From an uncultured Pseudomonadota bacterium (GTDB lineage: Bacteria; Myxococcota_A; Polyangia; Fen-1088), in NCBI GenBank assembly GCA_963847705.1, contig CAWKBC010000029.1, forward strand, positions 64,001 through 128,000: 64,000 nt of DNA, given 5' to 3'. Both the position numbers and the translations under genes were made by a program. The notes beneath the pieces were generated by a model. The model searched no databases. It was not told where the DNA came from and saw nothing but the letters and a program-made list of their open reading frames with translations. Below are positions 9,907 to 18,798 of this stretch, piece by piece (the stretch's first letter is position 1; each line of letters begins with the position of its first letter).

Positions 9907-10487
9907 GCTTTCTTCTCCGTCGACGCCGGCTCGTCGGCGAGCTCTGCCCGGGTCAGCGTCTCGCGAAGCTCACGCTCGGTCATGCGCTTGAGAAAGGCCG
10001 CGCGCGCCCGATGAAGGAGCACCCGGACGTTGCCCGGGCGCAGCCCGGTCAGGGCCGCTGTCTCGGCGACGGACATCTCCTCCAGCTCGAACAGGACCAG
10101 CACGCGCCGCTGACGCTCATTGAGCGCGTCGAGCGCCTGATAGAACTGCGTCCGTCGCTCACGTCTCTCGAGCTCCTCCAGCGGGGTATCGGTGGCGGCC
10201 CTGGCGCCCTCCACCGCATGGGGCGCAAAGCGGGTCCACCAGCGGCGAATCCTCCGGCGCCGCCGATCGTTGGCGACGATCTTGGCGGTGATGCTGAACA
10301 GCCAGGTCGACAGCCGGCTCTCCCGTCGGAATTCAGGGAGGCGGCGGTTCACCAGCAGAAACACCTCCTGCGTGAGGTCCTCCACGTCGACGCCGGAGCC
10401 TCCGAGCCGCGCCACCCAGCGGGCGACGGTCTGGCTGTGCGCTTGGTAGACGGCATCGAACTCCAGTGGCTGCGACTCCTCCGCCAT
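9903..10487 (-). CDS. ECF RNA polymerase sigma factor
   Basis: VEDLTQEVFLLVNRRLPEFRRESRLSTWLFSIT; VLVLFELEEMSVAETAALTG...VRVLLHRAR. Confidence 0.93.
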   Translation of the reverse strand: MAEESQPLEFDAVYQAHSQTVARWVARLGGSGVDVEDLTQEVFLLVNRRLPEFRRESRLSTWLFSITAKIVANDRRRRRIRRWWTRFAPHAVEGARAATDTPLEELERRERRTQFYQALDALNERQRRVLVLFELEEMSVAETAALTGLRPGNVRVLLHRARAAFLKRMTERELRETLTRAELADEPASTEKKA

Positions 10488-10529
10488 CCGGGCGCTTGGA
10501 TCGACCGAACGGAGCGTCACCAGGCCTTT

Positions 10530-10556
10530 GTGTCCCGAGCCGGCCAAAGGTTTCAC
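10530..10556 (-). promoter_or_regulatory. Putative ECF promoter GTGAAACCT-N13-GACAC
   Basis: Same geometry and -10 core as the other ECF-like promoters; lies upstream of the second ECF gene. Confidence 0.45.
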
Positions 10557-11479
10557 GGCTGCCAGTAGAAATCCGTTCCCAGCGCGAGCATCGGCTCCGC
10601 GCGGGGGAGCACCAGCGAGCCGCCCGTCCCGGTCACGTCCACGGTCTGTTGCCGCAGCCAGGTCACCAGCGCCAGCCCCAGCCAGGGTCGGGTGCCACCC
10701 GACCGCAGATCGACCCGCAGCATGGCCTCGACGCCCAGATCGGCCGTCCGGGCGGTGCGATCGGTGGTGAAGCCGACCCCTTCCACCGTCGCCACCCCCA
10801 GGACGCCGGCCGCGCCCAGGGCCAGATCCCAGCGCCGGCCCAGCGGAAGGAGGTAGTCCGCCCCGAGCGCGAAGTAGAGGCGCCACCAGCGGGCCTCTCC
10901 CGGAGGCAGGCTCTCGGAGTGCGTTGCCAGGCCTACGAGCGAAAGCCGGCCGCGCCAGGCCCCGCTCGCCCTCCCGAGCAGGGCGTCGAGCCGACCGCCG
11001 GGCGCGAGGGATCCTGGTTGCCAGGCGCCCACCGCGGCGGCCCCCAGGCCCAGCTCGAGCGGGCGCGGGAGCGCCTTTGCCGGCGCGCGCTGGATCACGA
11101 GGTCGTCCTCCGCCGCGCGCGGGGGCGCCGGGCTTCCCGGCGTGGCCGAGGCCGCCAAGCAATCGAGCCGCAACGAGATCTCGGGGTGAATCTGCGCTTC
11201 CCAGACCGCGAGCGCGACCGCCACCGTCTGGGCCTGCTCGCCGCAGGTCGCGGCGCGTGGCAACCGGCGGCGGGCGACGGTCTTGCCGTCGGAGCGCGCG
11301 AGCGAGACCGACAACGTCCCGTCGGCCTCCTCGACGACGGCCGCCAGGTCGCCGGAGCTGGACGCAAAGCCGACCGGAAGCAGCGGCGCCAGCTTCTCCT
11401 CGACCTCTCCCGGCGCCGGGCAGCTGCCCGCGCCCTGGACCTGCATGGCGAGCCACGCAGCAACGACCAGCTTCATCAT
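10553..11479 (-). CDS. Exported protein: two-Cys N-terminal domain plus probable C-terminal outer-membrane beta-barrel
   Basis: Signal-like MMKLVVAAWLA. CPAP...ATC. Alternating amphipathic strands ending in an aromatic-rich DFYWQP. Confidence 0.6.
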   Translation of the reverse strand: MMKLVVAAWLAMQVQGAGSCPAPGEVEEKLAPLLPVGFASSSGDLAAVVEEADGTLSVSLARSDGKTVARRRLPRAATCGEQAQTVAVALAVWEAQIHPEISLRLDCLAASATPGSPAPPRAAEDDLVIQRAPAKALPRPLELGLGAAAVGAWQPGSLAPGGRLDALLGRASGAWRGRLSLVGLATHSESLPPGEARWWRLYFALGADYLLPLGRRWDLALGAAGVLGVATVEGVGFTTDRTARTADLGVEAMLRVDLRSGGTRPWLGLALVTWLRQQTVDVTGTGGSLVLPRAEPMLALGTDFYWQP

Positions 11480-11540
11480 CGGGCCCACTCTATCCCGGAG
11501 CTCCTCGGATGACTCGACACCGGGCGTGGAACATTTTATC

Positions 11541-11644
11541 TTGAACGCTCGAGCGCACGGTTCAACGCTCGAGCGCACGGTTCAACGCTCGAGCGCATGG
11601 TTCAACGCTCGAGCGCATGGTTCAACGCTCGAGCGCATGGTTCA
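11541..11644. repeat. Tandem array of five 20-bp units (TTSAACGCTCGAGCGCAYGG), each with the palindrome CGCTCGAGCG
   Basis: Read directly. Units 1-2 carry CAC and units 3-5 carry CAT. Intergenic between divergent genes. Confidence 0.97.
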
Positions 11645-11695
11645 CAACGGCGCGATCGTCGCTGGAGGGATCTGGCGAGAAACGAGGTCAGATTC

Positions 11696-12595
11696 ATGCT
11701 GACGAAGATTCTTCTCGTGCTTGCCGTCGCTCTGTTTTTCCCCCTCGCCTGTTCGAGCGGCGCGCCGGAGGGTCCTGCGGGCTCGACCGGAGGGAGCGCC
11801 GGCACCATCGGCGTCGGCGCTGCTGGCGTCGCCGGTGCCGCGGCGCCGGACGGAGGCGCCGGCGTCGCCGCGCCGGACGGAGGCGACGCCGGCGGAGCCC
11901 CCTGTGGGCCGAACAGTGACCACGCGCTGATCGTTCCGGCAGGTCTCAACGTGAGCCTGGAGGCCGGCGGCGCCGGCGTTCTCGACCTCTTCGCGCTCAC
12001 CCTCCAGGAAGGACCAAACGGCCTCGAGCTTTACGCCGCCCTGAACAACGACGGCGATGTTCCGGCCTGCGACGCCGCGCTCAAGGTCTTTCTCTACGAC
12101 GCGGCGGGGAACCCGCTGGGAGATTTCATCAACGGCCTCTACACGAGTCACTTCTATCTCTATACGCCCACCGATGGATCGGCCGCCGAGATCGCCGCCT
12201 GTGCGAGCCCTGGCGATGTGACGATGACCGAGATTGCCATCCCCGCGTCCGACGACATCGCCCTCGGCGATGTGGCCTCCGTCGTCTACTACTACTCGTA
12301 CTTTGCTCTCGACGCCGTTCTCATCGATGGCCTCACCGTCAGCGAGGTGAACCCTGTGACGACCACCGCAGGGACCGCGTACACCGGCACGGTCGTCAAC
12401 GATCTCGACATGATGGTGAGCGGCCCCTCGATCGCCATCTTCCCGCTCAACTGCGTCGGGCGTCCGCTCGGCATCGTGAGCGGGAGCGATGCCAGCGTGG
12501 TTCCAGCCGGTGGCAGTTGGACCTTTCAGACGAATTCCGTGGATACGCCCGGCGTGAGTTACGCGGCCTATCCCTCGGCCTCGTTCAGCAATTGA
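11696..12595 (+). CDS. Lipoprotein with FxLYD-like domains
   Basis: Lipobox PLAC. NNDGD...VFLYDAAGNPLG and a second TGTVVND...GRPLG...GGSWTF unit. Confidence 0.7.
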   Translation: MLTKILLVLAVALFFPLACSSGAPEGPAGSTGGSAGTIGVGAAGVAGAAAPDGGAGVAAPDGGDAGGAPCGPNSDHALIVPAGLNVSLEAGGAGVLDLFALTLQEGPNGLELYAALNNDGDVPACDAALKVFLYDAAGNPLGDFINGLYTSHFYLYTPTDGSAAEIAACASPGDVTMTEIAIPASDDIALGDVASVVYYYSYFALDAVLIDGLTVSEVNPVTTTAGTAYTGTVVNDLDMMVSGPSIAIFPLNCVGRPLGIVSGSDASVVPAGGSWTFQTNSVDTPGVSYAAYPSASFSN

Positions 12596-12645
12596 GCGGC
12601 AAGCTCCGCAAACGGCTCCTTTCTCAATCGGTCATCTTGTAAACT

Positions 12646-13215
12646 GTGGCGATGCATGCCCCCAGTGGATCTCGTTTGCGACGTCATCGCGGCTTGGTTG
12701 TAACACTCTCGCTGGGTCTGGTCGCCGGCGGCGGCTCGTTGGTCGGGTGCCACCGAACCTCAGCCGACAACACGGCGCAGGCCGGGCCGAACCCGGAATT
12801 GGTCAAACAGTCCTTCGCGACGCTCAAGAAACAGTTCAGCGATCTCCAACAGAGTTTTTCCAATCTCAGCAAGGACCTGGAGGCCATTCCGGCCGACATC
12901 CCGGGCTACCGTCAGCTGCGCACCCACTTCTACGCGGTCGAAGAGGTCCGAGGCGTCACAGACGCCAAGGTGAACATCATCTCCGGCCACCTCGAGTCGG
13001 CCTTACGCTCGGGACACAACGCGGAGCTGCAGCAGGTCTCGAACGAGATCGACAAGGCGTCCAGCGACTGCCGTCAGATCGGTCAGCTCTACATAAAGCT
13101 GCTCCATGAAGTGATGGCGTTCCAGCGCGCGGCCGACGGCCAGAAGCAAGCTCTCGCCGCATCCGCGGCCGCGCCGGTCCCGGCCAAGACCAAACCACCG
13201 AAATCCAAGCCCTGA
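12646..13215 (+). CDS. Hypothetical helical/coiled-coil lipoprotein
   Basis: Lipobox LVGC. Heptad-like helical body. Start uncertain. Confidence 0.65.
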   Translation: MAMHAPSGSRLRRHRGLVVTLSLGLVAGGGSLVGCHRTSADNTAQAGPNPELVKQSFATLKKQFSDLQQSFSNLSKDLEAIPADIPGYRQLRTHFYAVEEVRGVTDAKVNIISGHLESALRSGHNAELQQVSNEIDKASSDCRQIGQLYIKLLHEVMAFQRAADGQKQALAASAAAPVPAKTKPPKSKP

Positions 13216-13233
13216 GCCACGACGAAAGGCTCG

Positions 13234-13262
13234 CCGGATCGCTGCGACCGCAGCAGATCCGG
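13234..13262. terminator. Hairpin between convergent genes
   Basis: CCGGATC-GCTGC-gacc-GCAGC-a-GATCCGG stem-loop; no strong U tract. Confidence 0.4.
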
Positions 13263-13281
13263 GAGCCTCAATCGGGCGGAT

Positions 13282-14994
13282 TTACGAGCCGGATTTGAGC
13301 GTCGTGAACTCACCCGGATTGTGGATGGTCGCGCTCTTGACTGCGCCTACCCCACCAGCAAAGTCCGTGGTCAGGTCGGAGTAGCCGAACTTCGTCACCG
13401 GCATCGTGCCGCCCTTCACCGGGAACCCGGTCGAGTCCGCCTTCACCCCCATGGCGTTCATGATGTTGTAAAAGTACTTGTTGATGGGGGCGTTGGCGAT
13501 CGTCTCGTCGGTCCCCGTCTGCTGGGTGAGGCCGTTGGCCATCCCATCCGTTCCGCCGTCCGCGCACTGCGACTCGCTGTTGCCTGCCCAGGAGGCGGCG
13601 GTCGCACTGGTCGAGGCGGTGGCGGTGTCGACCTGGACCGTCGCACCGACCTTGAAGTAGCCTGCGCAGCCGCCTGCCTGGATGATGGGCAGGTTGTTCA
13701 GGTTGTGGGCATCGCCGTCCGACATCTCGTTGAACCAGGTCGTGACGGTGTTGTCGAGAACCGTCGACCCATCGGGGTTCGTGACCCCGTTGAGCCAGCC
13801 GACCAACTTGGCGAACTTCGTGGCGTAGTAGGTGTCGATCGTCTCGAGCTTTGTCAGGGCGCCCTGCACGCACGACCCGGACATGTTGGCGTTGGACAAC
13901 CGGTGGGAAAGGTTGTGCGACTCGTCGGTGATCCCGAGACCCTTGAAATAGTAGTTCGGGGGGTACTTCAAGAAGATGATCGGGTTGTAGTTGCAGAGCG
14001 TCGCCAGCACGGCCATCAGCGAATACATGTCCGCGCCGTCGAGGCTGCCCGACACCGTCGCGGAGATGTCACTGGCGGCGCTTCCGGTGCTCGCCGCGGT
14101 GACGTTCGCCTGCGTCGCCCCCAGCATGGTTGCCTCAGCCGACGTGCACTGGCCCGCCGTGTTCATCACCATGGTCCCCGTGTCGTTGATCAACGCCTCC
14201 CAGGCGTTGATCTTGTCCATGTCGGCTGCGCTCATATTGAAGCGCTTCAAGGCATCGAGGTCGCTCTTCACGAGATCGGAGACTCTCTGCCCTCTCGTCG
14301 AGGCATAGGTGGCGGCTGTCATCGTGCTGCCGCCGAACAGCCCCGTCAGCGCGCTGAACACCTGCGCCGGCGTCCCGAGGCCGGGAACGATGTTCGCGGC
14401 CGTACCTGCAGCGGCACCAGCTGGCAGCAGGTAAGAGACGTTTGATTGAGGTGACTCGCCGTTGGTGCCGCCCGAGTTGCCGACCCGCATGAACAGCGGT
14501 TGCCCATTTGGGCTGAGCTGCTGGGCCATGACCTGATCCAGCGAGCTGCCGACCGGCATGGCATTGAACTTCGTGTCCTGAGAGAAGCTGAACGGATCGT
14601 TGCTGTTCGGCGTCACCGGCTGCAGGGTGAAGTACGAACCACACGGGTTGAGGTGCGGGTCGTTCCCCTGTCCCCGCCCTGCGCCGTTGTTGTTGCCCTG
14701 CTCCCACTCGTTCATCGCGCGAATACCGCGGGGAATGAGGATCTTGCTGGCGTACGACGCCAGCGGGGCGATGCTGTTCGTGAAGTCGGAGGCCGACAGC
14801 GCACCGCTGGTCTTCGCAGGGAAGAACTTGGTCGTGATGCAGCCGTAGTGCGTGAACATCGCGATGAACGTCTTGGGGGGGGTGGCCGCCTGGCCCTTTG
14901 CCTGGCGCTCCCAGACGGAGCTGAGAAACGGCGCGGCGACGACGGCGCCACCGACGCCCCGGAGGAACATTCTTCGATGCATTCTCGTGCTCAT
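13282..14994 (-). CDS. DUF1552 domain protein (Tat-exported)
   Basis: HRRMFLRGVGG twin-arginine signal, SLDQVMA, SHNLSH, NEMSDGDAHNLNNLPIIQAGG. Confidence 0.88.
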   Translation of the reverse strand: MSTRMHRRMFLRGVGGAVVAAPFLSSVWERQAKGQAATPPKTFIAMFTHYGCITTKFFPAKTSGALSASDFTNSIAPLASYASKILIPRGIRAMNEWEQGNNNGAGRGQGNDPHLNPCGSYFTLQPVTPNSNDPFSFSQDTKFNAMPVGSSLDQVMAQQLSPNGQPLFMRVGNSGGTNGESPQSNVSYLLPAGAAAGTAANIVPGLGTPAQVFSALTGLFGGSTMTAATYASTRGQRVSDLVKSDLDALKRFNMSAADMDKINAWEALINDTGTMVMNTAGQCTSAEATMLGATQANVTAASTGSAASDISATVSGSLDGADMYSLMAVLATLCNYNPIIFLKYPPNYYFKGLGITDESHNLSHRLSNANMSGSCVQGALTKLETIDTYYATKFAKLVGWLNGVTNPDGSTVLDNTVTTWFNEMSDGDAHNLNNLPIIQAGGCAGYFKVGATVQVDTATASTSATAASWAGNSESQCADGGTDGMANGLTQQTGTDETIANAPINKYFYNIMNAMGVKADSTGFPVKGGTMPVTKFGYSDLTTDFAGGVGAVKSATIHNPGEFTTLKSGS

Positions 14995-15015
14995 GTTCTG
15001 GGCTCCTCGTCGGCT

Positions 15016-16836
15016 TCAGGGAGTTGCAACGACCCGTGTATTAAACGAGCTCGTTTGGGTTAGGTCGGAGAGGATGTTGATGATGGGGTACGACCCGCCG
15101 CCGATGCTGGTGGCGATCTGGTTCGCAACACACTGATCCTGCGGATTCGGATCCCGGCCGTAGGCGAAGGAGACCCAGTACTGGGCGTAGGTCGCCTGTC
15201 CGGCCGCCGAGCCCGCGATCCCCTGCATGAGCTGCAGCGGGGTGGTCACGTTCTCCGTCGCGCCACCGTCAATGGGGTAGCCGAAGTTCACGGTGGAGGT
15301 CGCGTCGATTGCTCCACCCAGCTGGTCAACCGTCTGCCATTGACCGATCCCGTTGTAGTTCTCCATCGCGAAGCCGAAGGGATCGATGACGTTGGCGTGG
15401 CACCCGACGCACGAGGTACCGCTCTGGGTCACCAGCGCGACGGTCGCATCGCGGTTGGTGGCGTAGGTGCCCGGCGGAATCGGGGTCATGGCAGCGCCCG
15501 GAGGCGGCGGGGGCACGTTGATCCCCAGCATGTAGATGGCGATGAAGGCTCCCCGGAGGATCGGCGCCGTGTTGGTGTAGTGCGAGTACGACTGCAGGAA
15601 CCCGATGCGGCTCATGAAGCCGGGGCGCTGGTTCGCGTCGAGCTGCACCTTGGTCAGGGTGGTCCCGTAGCTCGAGGCGTTGCTGAGCCCGTAGATCTGG
15701 GCGGTGTCGCTGGTGACGAAGCCGACGTTACTCAAGAACAGATCGCTGTAGGTGCCCGTCTGTGCGACGGCGGCAAAGAAGCTATCCATCTCCCCCTTGT
15801 AGGTCGCCACGTCGGCCCCCTGATAGAGCGGAAACACCGTCGGGTCGTGGTCGATCTTCCACCAGTGCTGACCCGAGTTGTTCATCTGCACCCACTTGTC
15901 GTGCATCGCGGAGAGCTGCGGCGCGGTCTTGCTCGAGACGGCCACCATCCGCTGGGCCTGGGCGAGAATCTGGGCCTGCGTCTGGAGCTGATTGTTGTCG
16001 GCCGCCGTGCTGAGGGTGGCGTCAGGGCAGGAGCCCCAGATCATGTAGGAGAGTCTCGCGGCGACCTCATCGCTGGAGAGCAGGAGCGCGCCGGACGGGG
16101 CCGGCGACGGAGCCGCCGTCGTGTTGGTCTCCTCGATGTAGATGAACGACGGGTCGACGAGGAAGGCGTAGAGGATCGTGTTGGCCACTTGCGTTGGCGT
16201 ATAGGTCGGCGTCCCCGTCCCGAGCGCCATGAAATTCGACACCTCCGCGGTGGTCAGCGGCCTGCGAAAGGCCTTGCGACCGAAGGTCTGGATGGTCGTC
16301 TGCAGACAGCCCGACGTCGACGGATCGCAGGTGATGAAATTGGTCTTCAGCGTCGTGCTGGCCATGACCTGGTCCGCGATCGCCGCGCCGACATCCTGGT
16401 AGATGCGCCAGGCATCAGAGTTCATCGCGCCGTCGAAGTCCGCATACAGCACGGAGGACGGGACCCCGGTCCCCTCGGGCGCCGTCACCGACGTGACACC
16501 GAGGAGGTCGCGCACGGTGTTGTCGTACTGCGTGTTCAGGATGCGCCGGAACTGGGTCGTCGCCGGAATGCCCGGGGAGCAAGCGATGGTTGAGGTGCTG
16601 GTGCCACCGTCCGAGCTCGAGTCGCCCCCGCCCGTGCTGTTACCGCCGCCTGTGCTCGAGCTGGCGCCCGTGCCTGTGCTCGAGTTGGCGCCCGTGCCGG
16701 AGGTCGTCACGCCACCGGCCCCGGAGCGGGAGCTCCCGCCAGCACCGCTGGGGCCTTGGGCGCTTATGGTTCCCGTGCAGCTGGCCGCGCCGGCCAACAG
16801 GACTCCCGCAAGACTCGTGCGAATGAAGTACCTCAT
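15016..16836 (-). CDS. DUF1587/1595/1592/1588/1585 lipoprotein with a heme-c motif
   Basis: RRILNTQYDNTVRDLLG, AFRRPLT, AARLSYMIWGSCPD, PILRG, CVGCH...IDPFGFAMENYNGIGQW. Lipobox AASC. Confidence 0.9.
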   Translation of the reverse strand: MRYFIRTSLAGVLLAGAASCTGTISAQGPSGAGGSSRSGAGGVTTSGTGANSSTGTGASSSTGGGNSTGGGDSSSDGGTSTSTIACSPGIPATTQFRRILNTQYDNTVRDLLGVTSVTAPEGTGVPSSVLYADFDGAMNSDAWRIYQDVGAAIADQVMASTTLKTNFITCDPSTSGCLQTTIQTFGRKAFRRPLTTAEVSNFMALGTGTPTYTPTQVANTILYAFLVDPSFIYIEETNTTAAPSPAPSGALLLSSDEVAARLSYMIWGSCPDATLSTAADNNQLQTQAQILAQAQRMVAVSSKTAPQLSAMHDKWVQMNNSGQHWWKIDHDPTVFPLYQGADVATYKGEMDSFFAAVAQTGTYSDLFLSNVGFVTSDTAQIYGLSNASSYGTTLTKVQLDANQRPGFMSRIGFLQSYSHYTNTAPILRGAFIAIYMLGINVPPPPPGAAMTPIPPGTYATNRDATVALVTQSGTSCVGCHANVIDPFGFAMENYNGIGQWQTVDQLGGAIDATSTVNFGYPIDGGATENVTTPLQLMQGIAGSAAGQATYAQYWVSFAYGRDPNPQDQCVANQIATSIGGGSYPIINILSDLTQTSSFNTRVVATP

Positions 16837-17281
16837 TTGCGCTCTACCCTTCTGCCGGCGGCACGGCGAGACAATCGAACCATCGGCCCGAACCAGGCCA
16901 CACCATTGGGAGAGGACAATCCCGAGTCCCACAGCTGGGTGGTTGAAGTTAAATGGGCGAGCGACTTCGAAACCTTTCATTTCGTGTAACGAAATCTTGA
17001 AGATAAAAAGTGATCTGCCGCACCCGCTGCGCAATTGCGTCCTCGCATTCGGTATCAACCGGTGGCCCAGAGAACAATTTCGCATTTCCACTTAGAATTG
17101 TTACCGAGACAAAAATCACGCCAAGGACCACCCGGCGCGCCGATCGCCGCCGTCACGTAACAGGGCCTCGCGTACCTTCGCTTGCCAACAAGACCGGCTC
17201 GGGGCTGTTCCCCGTTTTGCGAGCCCGTATTTGAAACCCTGTCTGTGAACCCCATCTTCGCCACGAAGGGGCGGTGGGGCG
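16837..17281. promoter_or_regulatory. AT-enriched divergent regulatory region
   Basis: Partial CRP-like site GTGA-tctgcc-GCAC (17010-17023). Sigma54-like TTGGCGTGATTTTTGT on the minus strand (about 17109-17124). Confidence 0.4.
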
Positions 17282-18649
17282 ATGAGACAGGACGGGGCGA
17301 TGCGATCGGTGTCGATGGTGGCGGTGGCGTGGGTGGCCCTCTTCGTGTCCGTCGCGGGTTGTTCCGGCGGCTCACCCGGCAATTCATCGGGCAATCCGCC
17401 GGGATCAACCGGCGGTCTCGGGGGAATCGCCGGTCCGGGCGCCAGCGGTGGTCAATCCGGCGCGCCCGCGGACGCAGGGTCCGGCCCGGCCACGGGCGGC
17501 GTGGGTGGCACAGGCACGGGTGCTTCGGCGGGCGGTCCTGGCGCGGGCGGCGCAGCGGGCGCGCCGGGCAGCGGCACCGGCGGCCAGGGGCAGACGAGCT
17601 GCCCACTCCCCGTCGGGCCGTCGGGCAGCTGGGTCGAGGTCGCAGCCCCCTCCGACCTGAGCAACTTCAAGGTGACCGACGCCTTTGCCGTCGGCACGAA
17701 CGATCTGTTGTTCGCCGGCAGCACGATGGATCCGACCAGCCCGGCGCCGTCGAGCAATGCGCAGCTGCTTCGCTGGACGAAGGGCTGCTGGACGGTCGAG
17801 CTGACCTTCCCCACGTCGACCACCTCGCCCGATTCCCCCAGCGTCCACGGCACCGGGCCGAACGACATCTGGGCCACGGCCGGCGATCTCATCTACCACC
17901 GCGACGCGGCGGGGTGGACGGCCTTCGCCGATGAAACCTGGCGTGGGATGGTGCCCCAGCCGTCCGGGTTCTTCGGGGACACCGAGCTCTACCGGGTGCG
18001 CGCCGCCGCCGCGGGCGACTTCTGGGTCGCGGCGACCAGCAACGTCTTGCACTGGAGCGGAGGGTCCTGGACGTCGTACGACCTCGACGACCCGGGGTTT
18101 CCCCAGGCCAGCCAGTCGGTCGGGTTCAGCTATGACGACATCTGGATCGATTCAACCAGCAGCGTGTGGGTCGTCGGTTTCAGCAAGATGATCGGCAACA
18201 CGATGGGCCAAGGGTTCGTGCACCACTTCGACGGCGCCACCTGGACCAACCAGGGGACCGGGTTGGAGAGCATCTATGCGATCTGGCGCGGCGGCGCCGT
18301 GCTGTGGCTGGCGCAGCCGACGATCGCGGTGAACCCCGGCGAGACCTTTCATACAGACCTGCTCGCGTTCGACGGCACCAACGCGCTGGGGGTCCACGTC
18401 GCCGGCATCGATCCAACTCAGGATCCGCCACCTCTTTCGAGCCTCTTCGGGCGCGGCGCCAGCGACGTCTGGGCCGCCGGGGCAGACGTCGCGCACTTCG
18501 ACGGTCAGGGTTGGTCGCTGGTCTCCGATGTGCCGGCCGCCGCGCGCGACGAGGCCGACGCCAAGAACACGCTGGTGACCGGCGACGACGGTTCGGTCTG
18601 GCTGGTGACGACGGGACCACACTTCTTCCGCGAGGTCACCAGCCCCTGA
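17282..18649 (+). CDS. Lipoprotein with Trp-rich beta-propeller repeats
   Basis: Lipobox VAGC. Gly linker. Repeats such as NDIWA, DVWAAG, HFDGxxW. Confidence 0.75.
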   Translation: MRQDGAMRSVSMVAVAWVALFVSVAGCSGGSPGNSSGNPPGSTGGLGGIAGPGASGGQSGAPADAGSGPATGGVGGTGTGASAGGPGAGGAAGAPGSGTGGQGQTSCPLPVGPSGSWVEVAAPSDLSNFKVTDAFAVGTNDLLFAGSTMDPTSPAPSSNAQLLRWTKGCWTVELTFPTSTTSPDSPSVHGTGPNDIWATAGDLIYHRDAAGWTAFADETWRGMVPQPSGFFGDTELYRVRAAAAGDFWVAATSNVLHWSGGSWTSYDLDDPGFPQASQSVGFSYDDIWIDSTSSVWVVGFSKMIGNTMGQGFVHHFDGATWTNQGTGLESIYAIWRGGAVLWLAQPTIAVNPGETFHTDLLAFDGTNALGVHVAGIDPTQDPPPLSSLFGRGASDVWAAGADVAHFDGQGWSLVSDVPAAARDEADAKNTLVTGDDGSVWLVTTGPHFFREVTSP

Positions 18650-18798
18650 CGGTTGACGGTCCGTTCTTCGAACGGCTCCAGTCTCCGCGACCGTCACGCG
18701 TCAGGGCAGCCACCCACGGCCTCCAGATCAAACGGCGCGTACGCGACCTTCAGAGACCTGAGAGCCCAGCGACGCCGCTCGGCACCAGACCCTGAAGT

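Noticed and set aside
11541-11644. CRISPR array
   Set aside because: Units abut with no unique spacers, are only 20 bp, and no cas genes are present.
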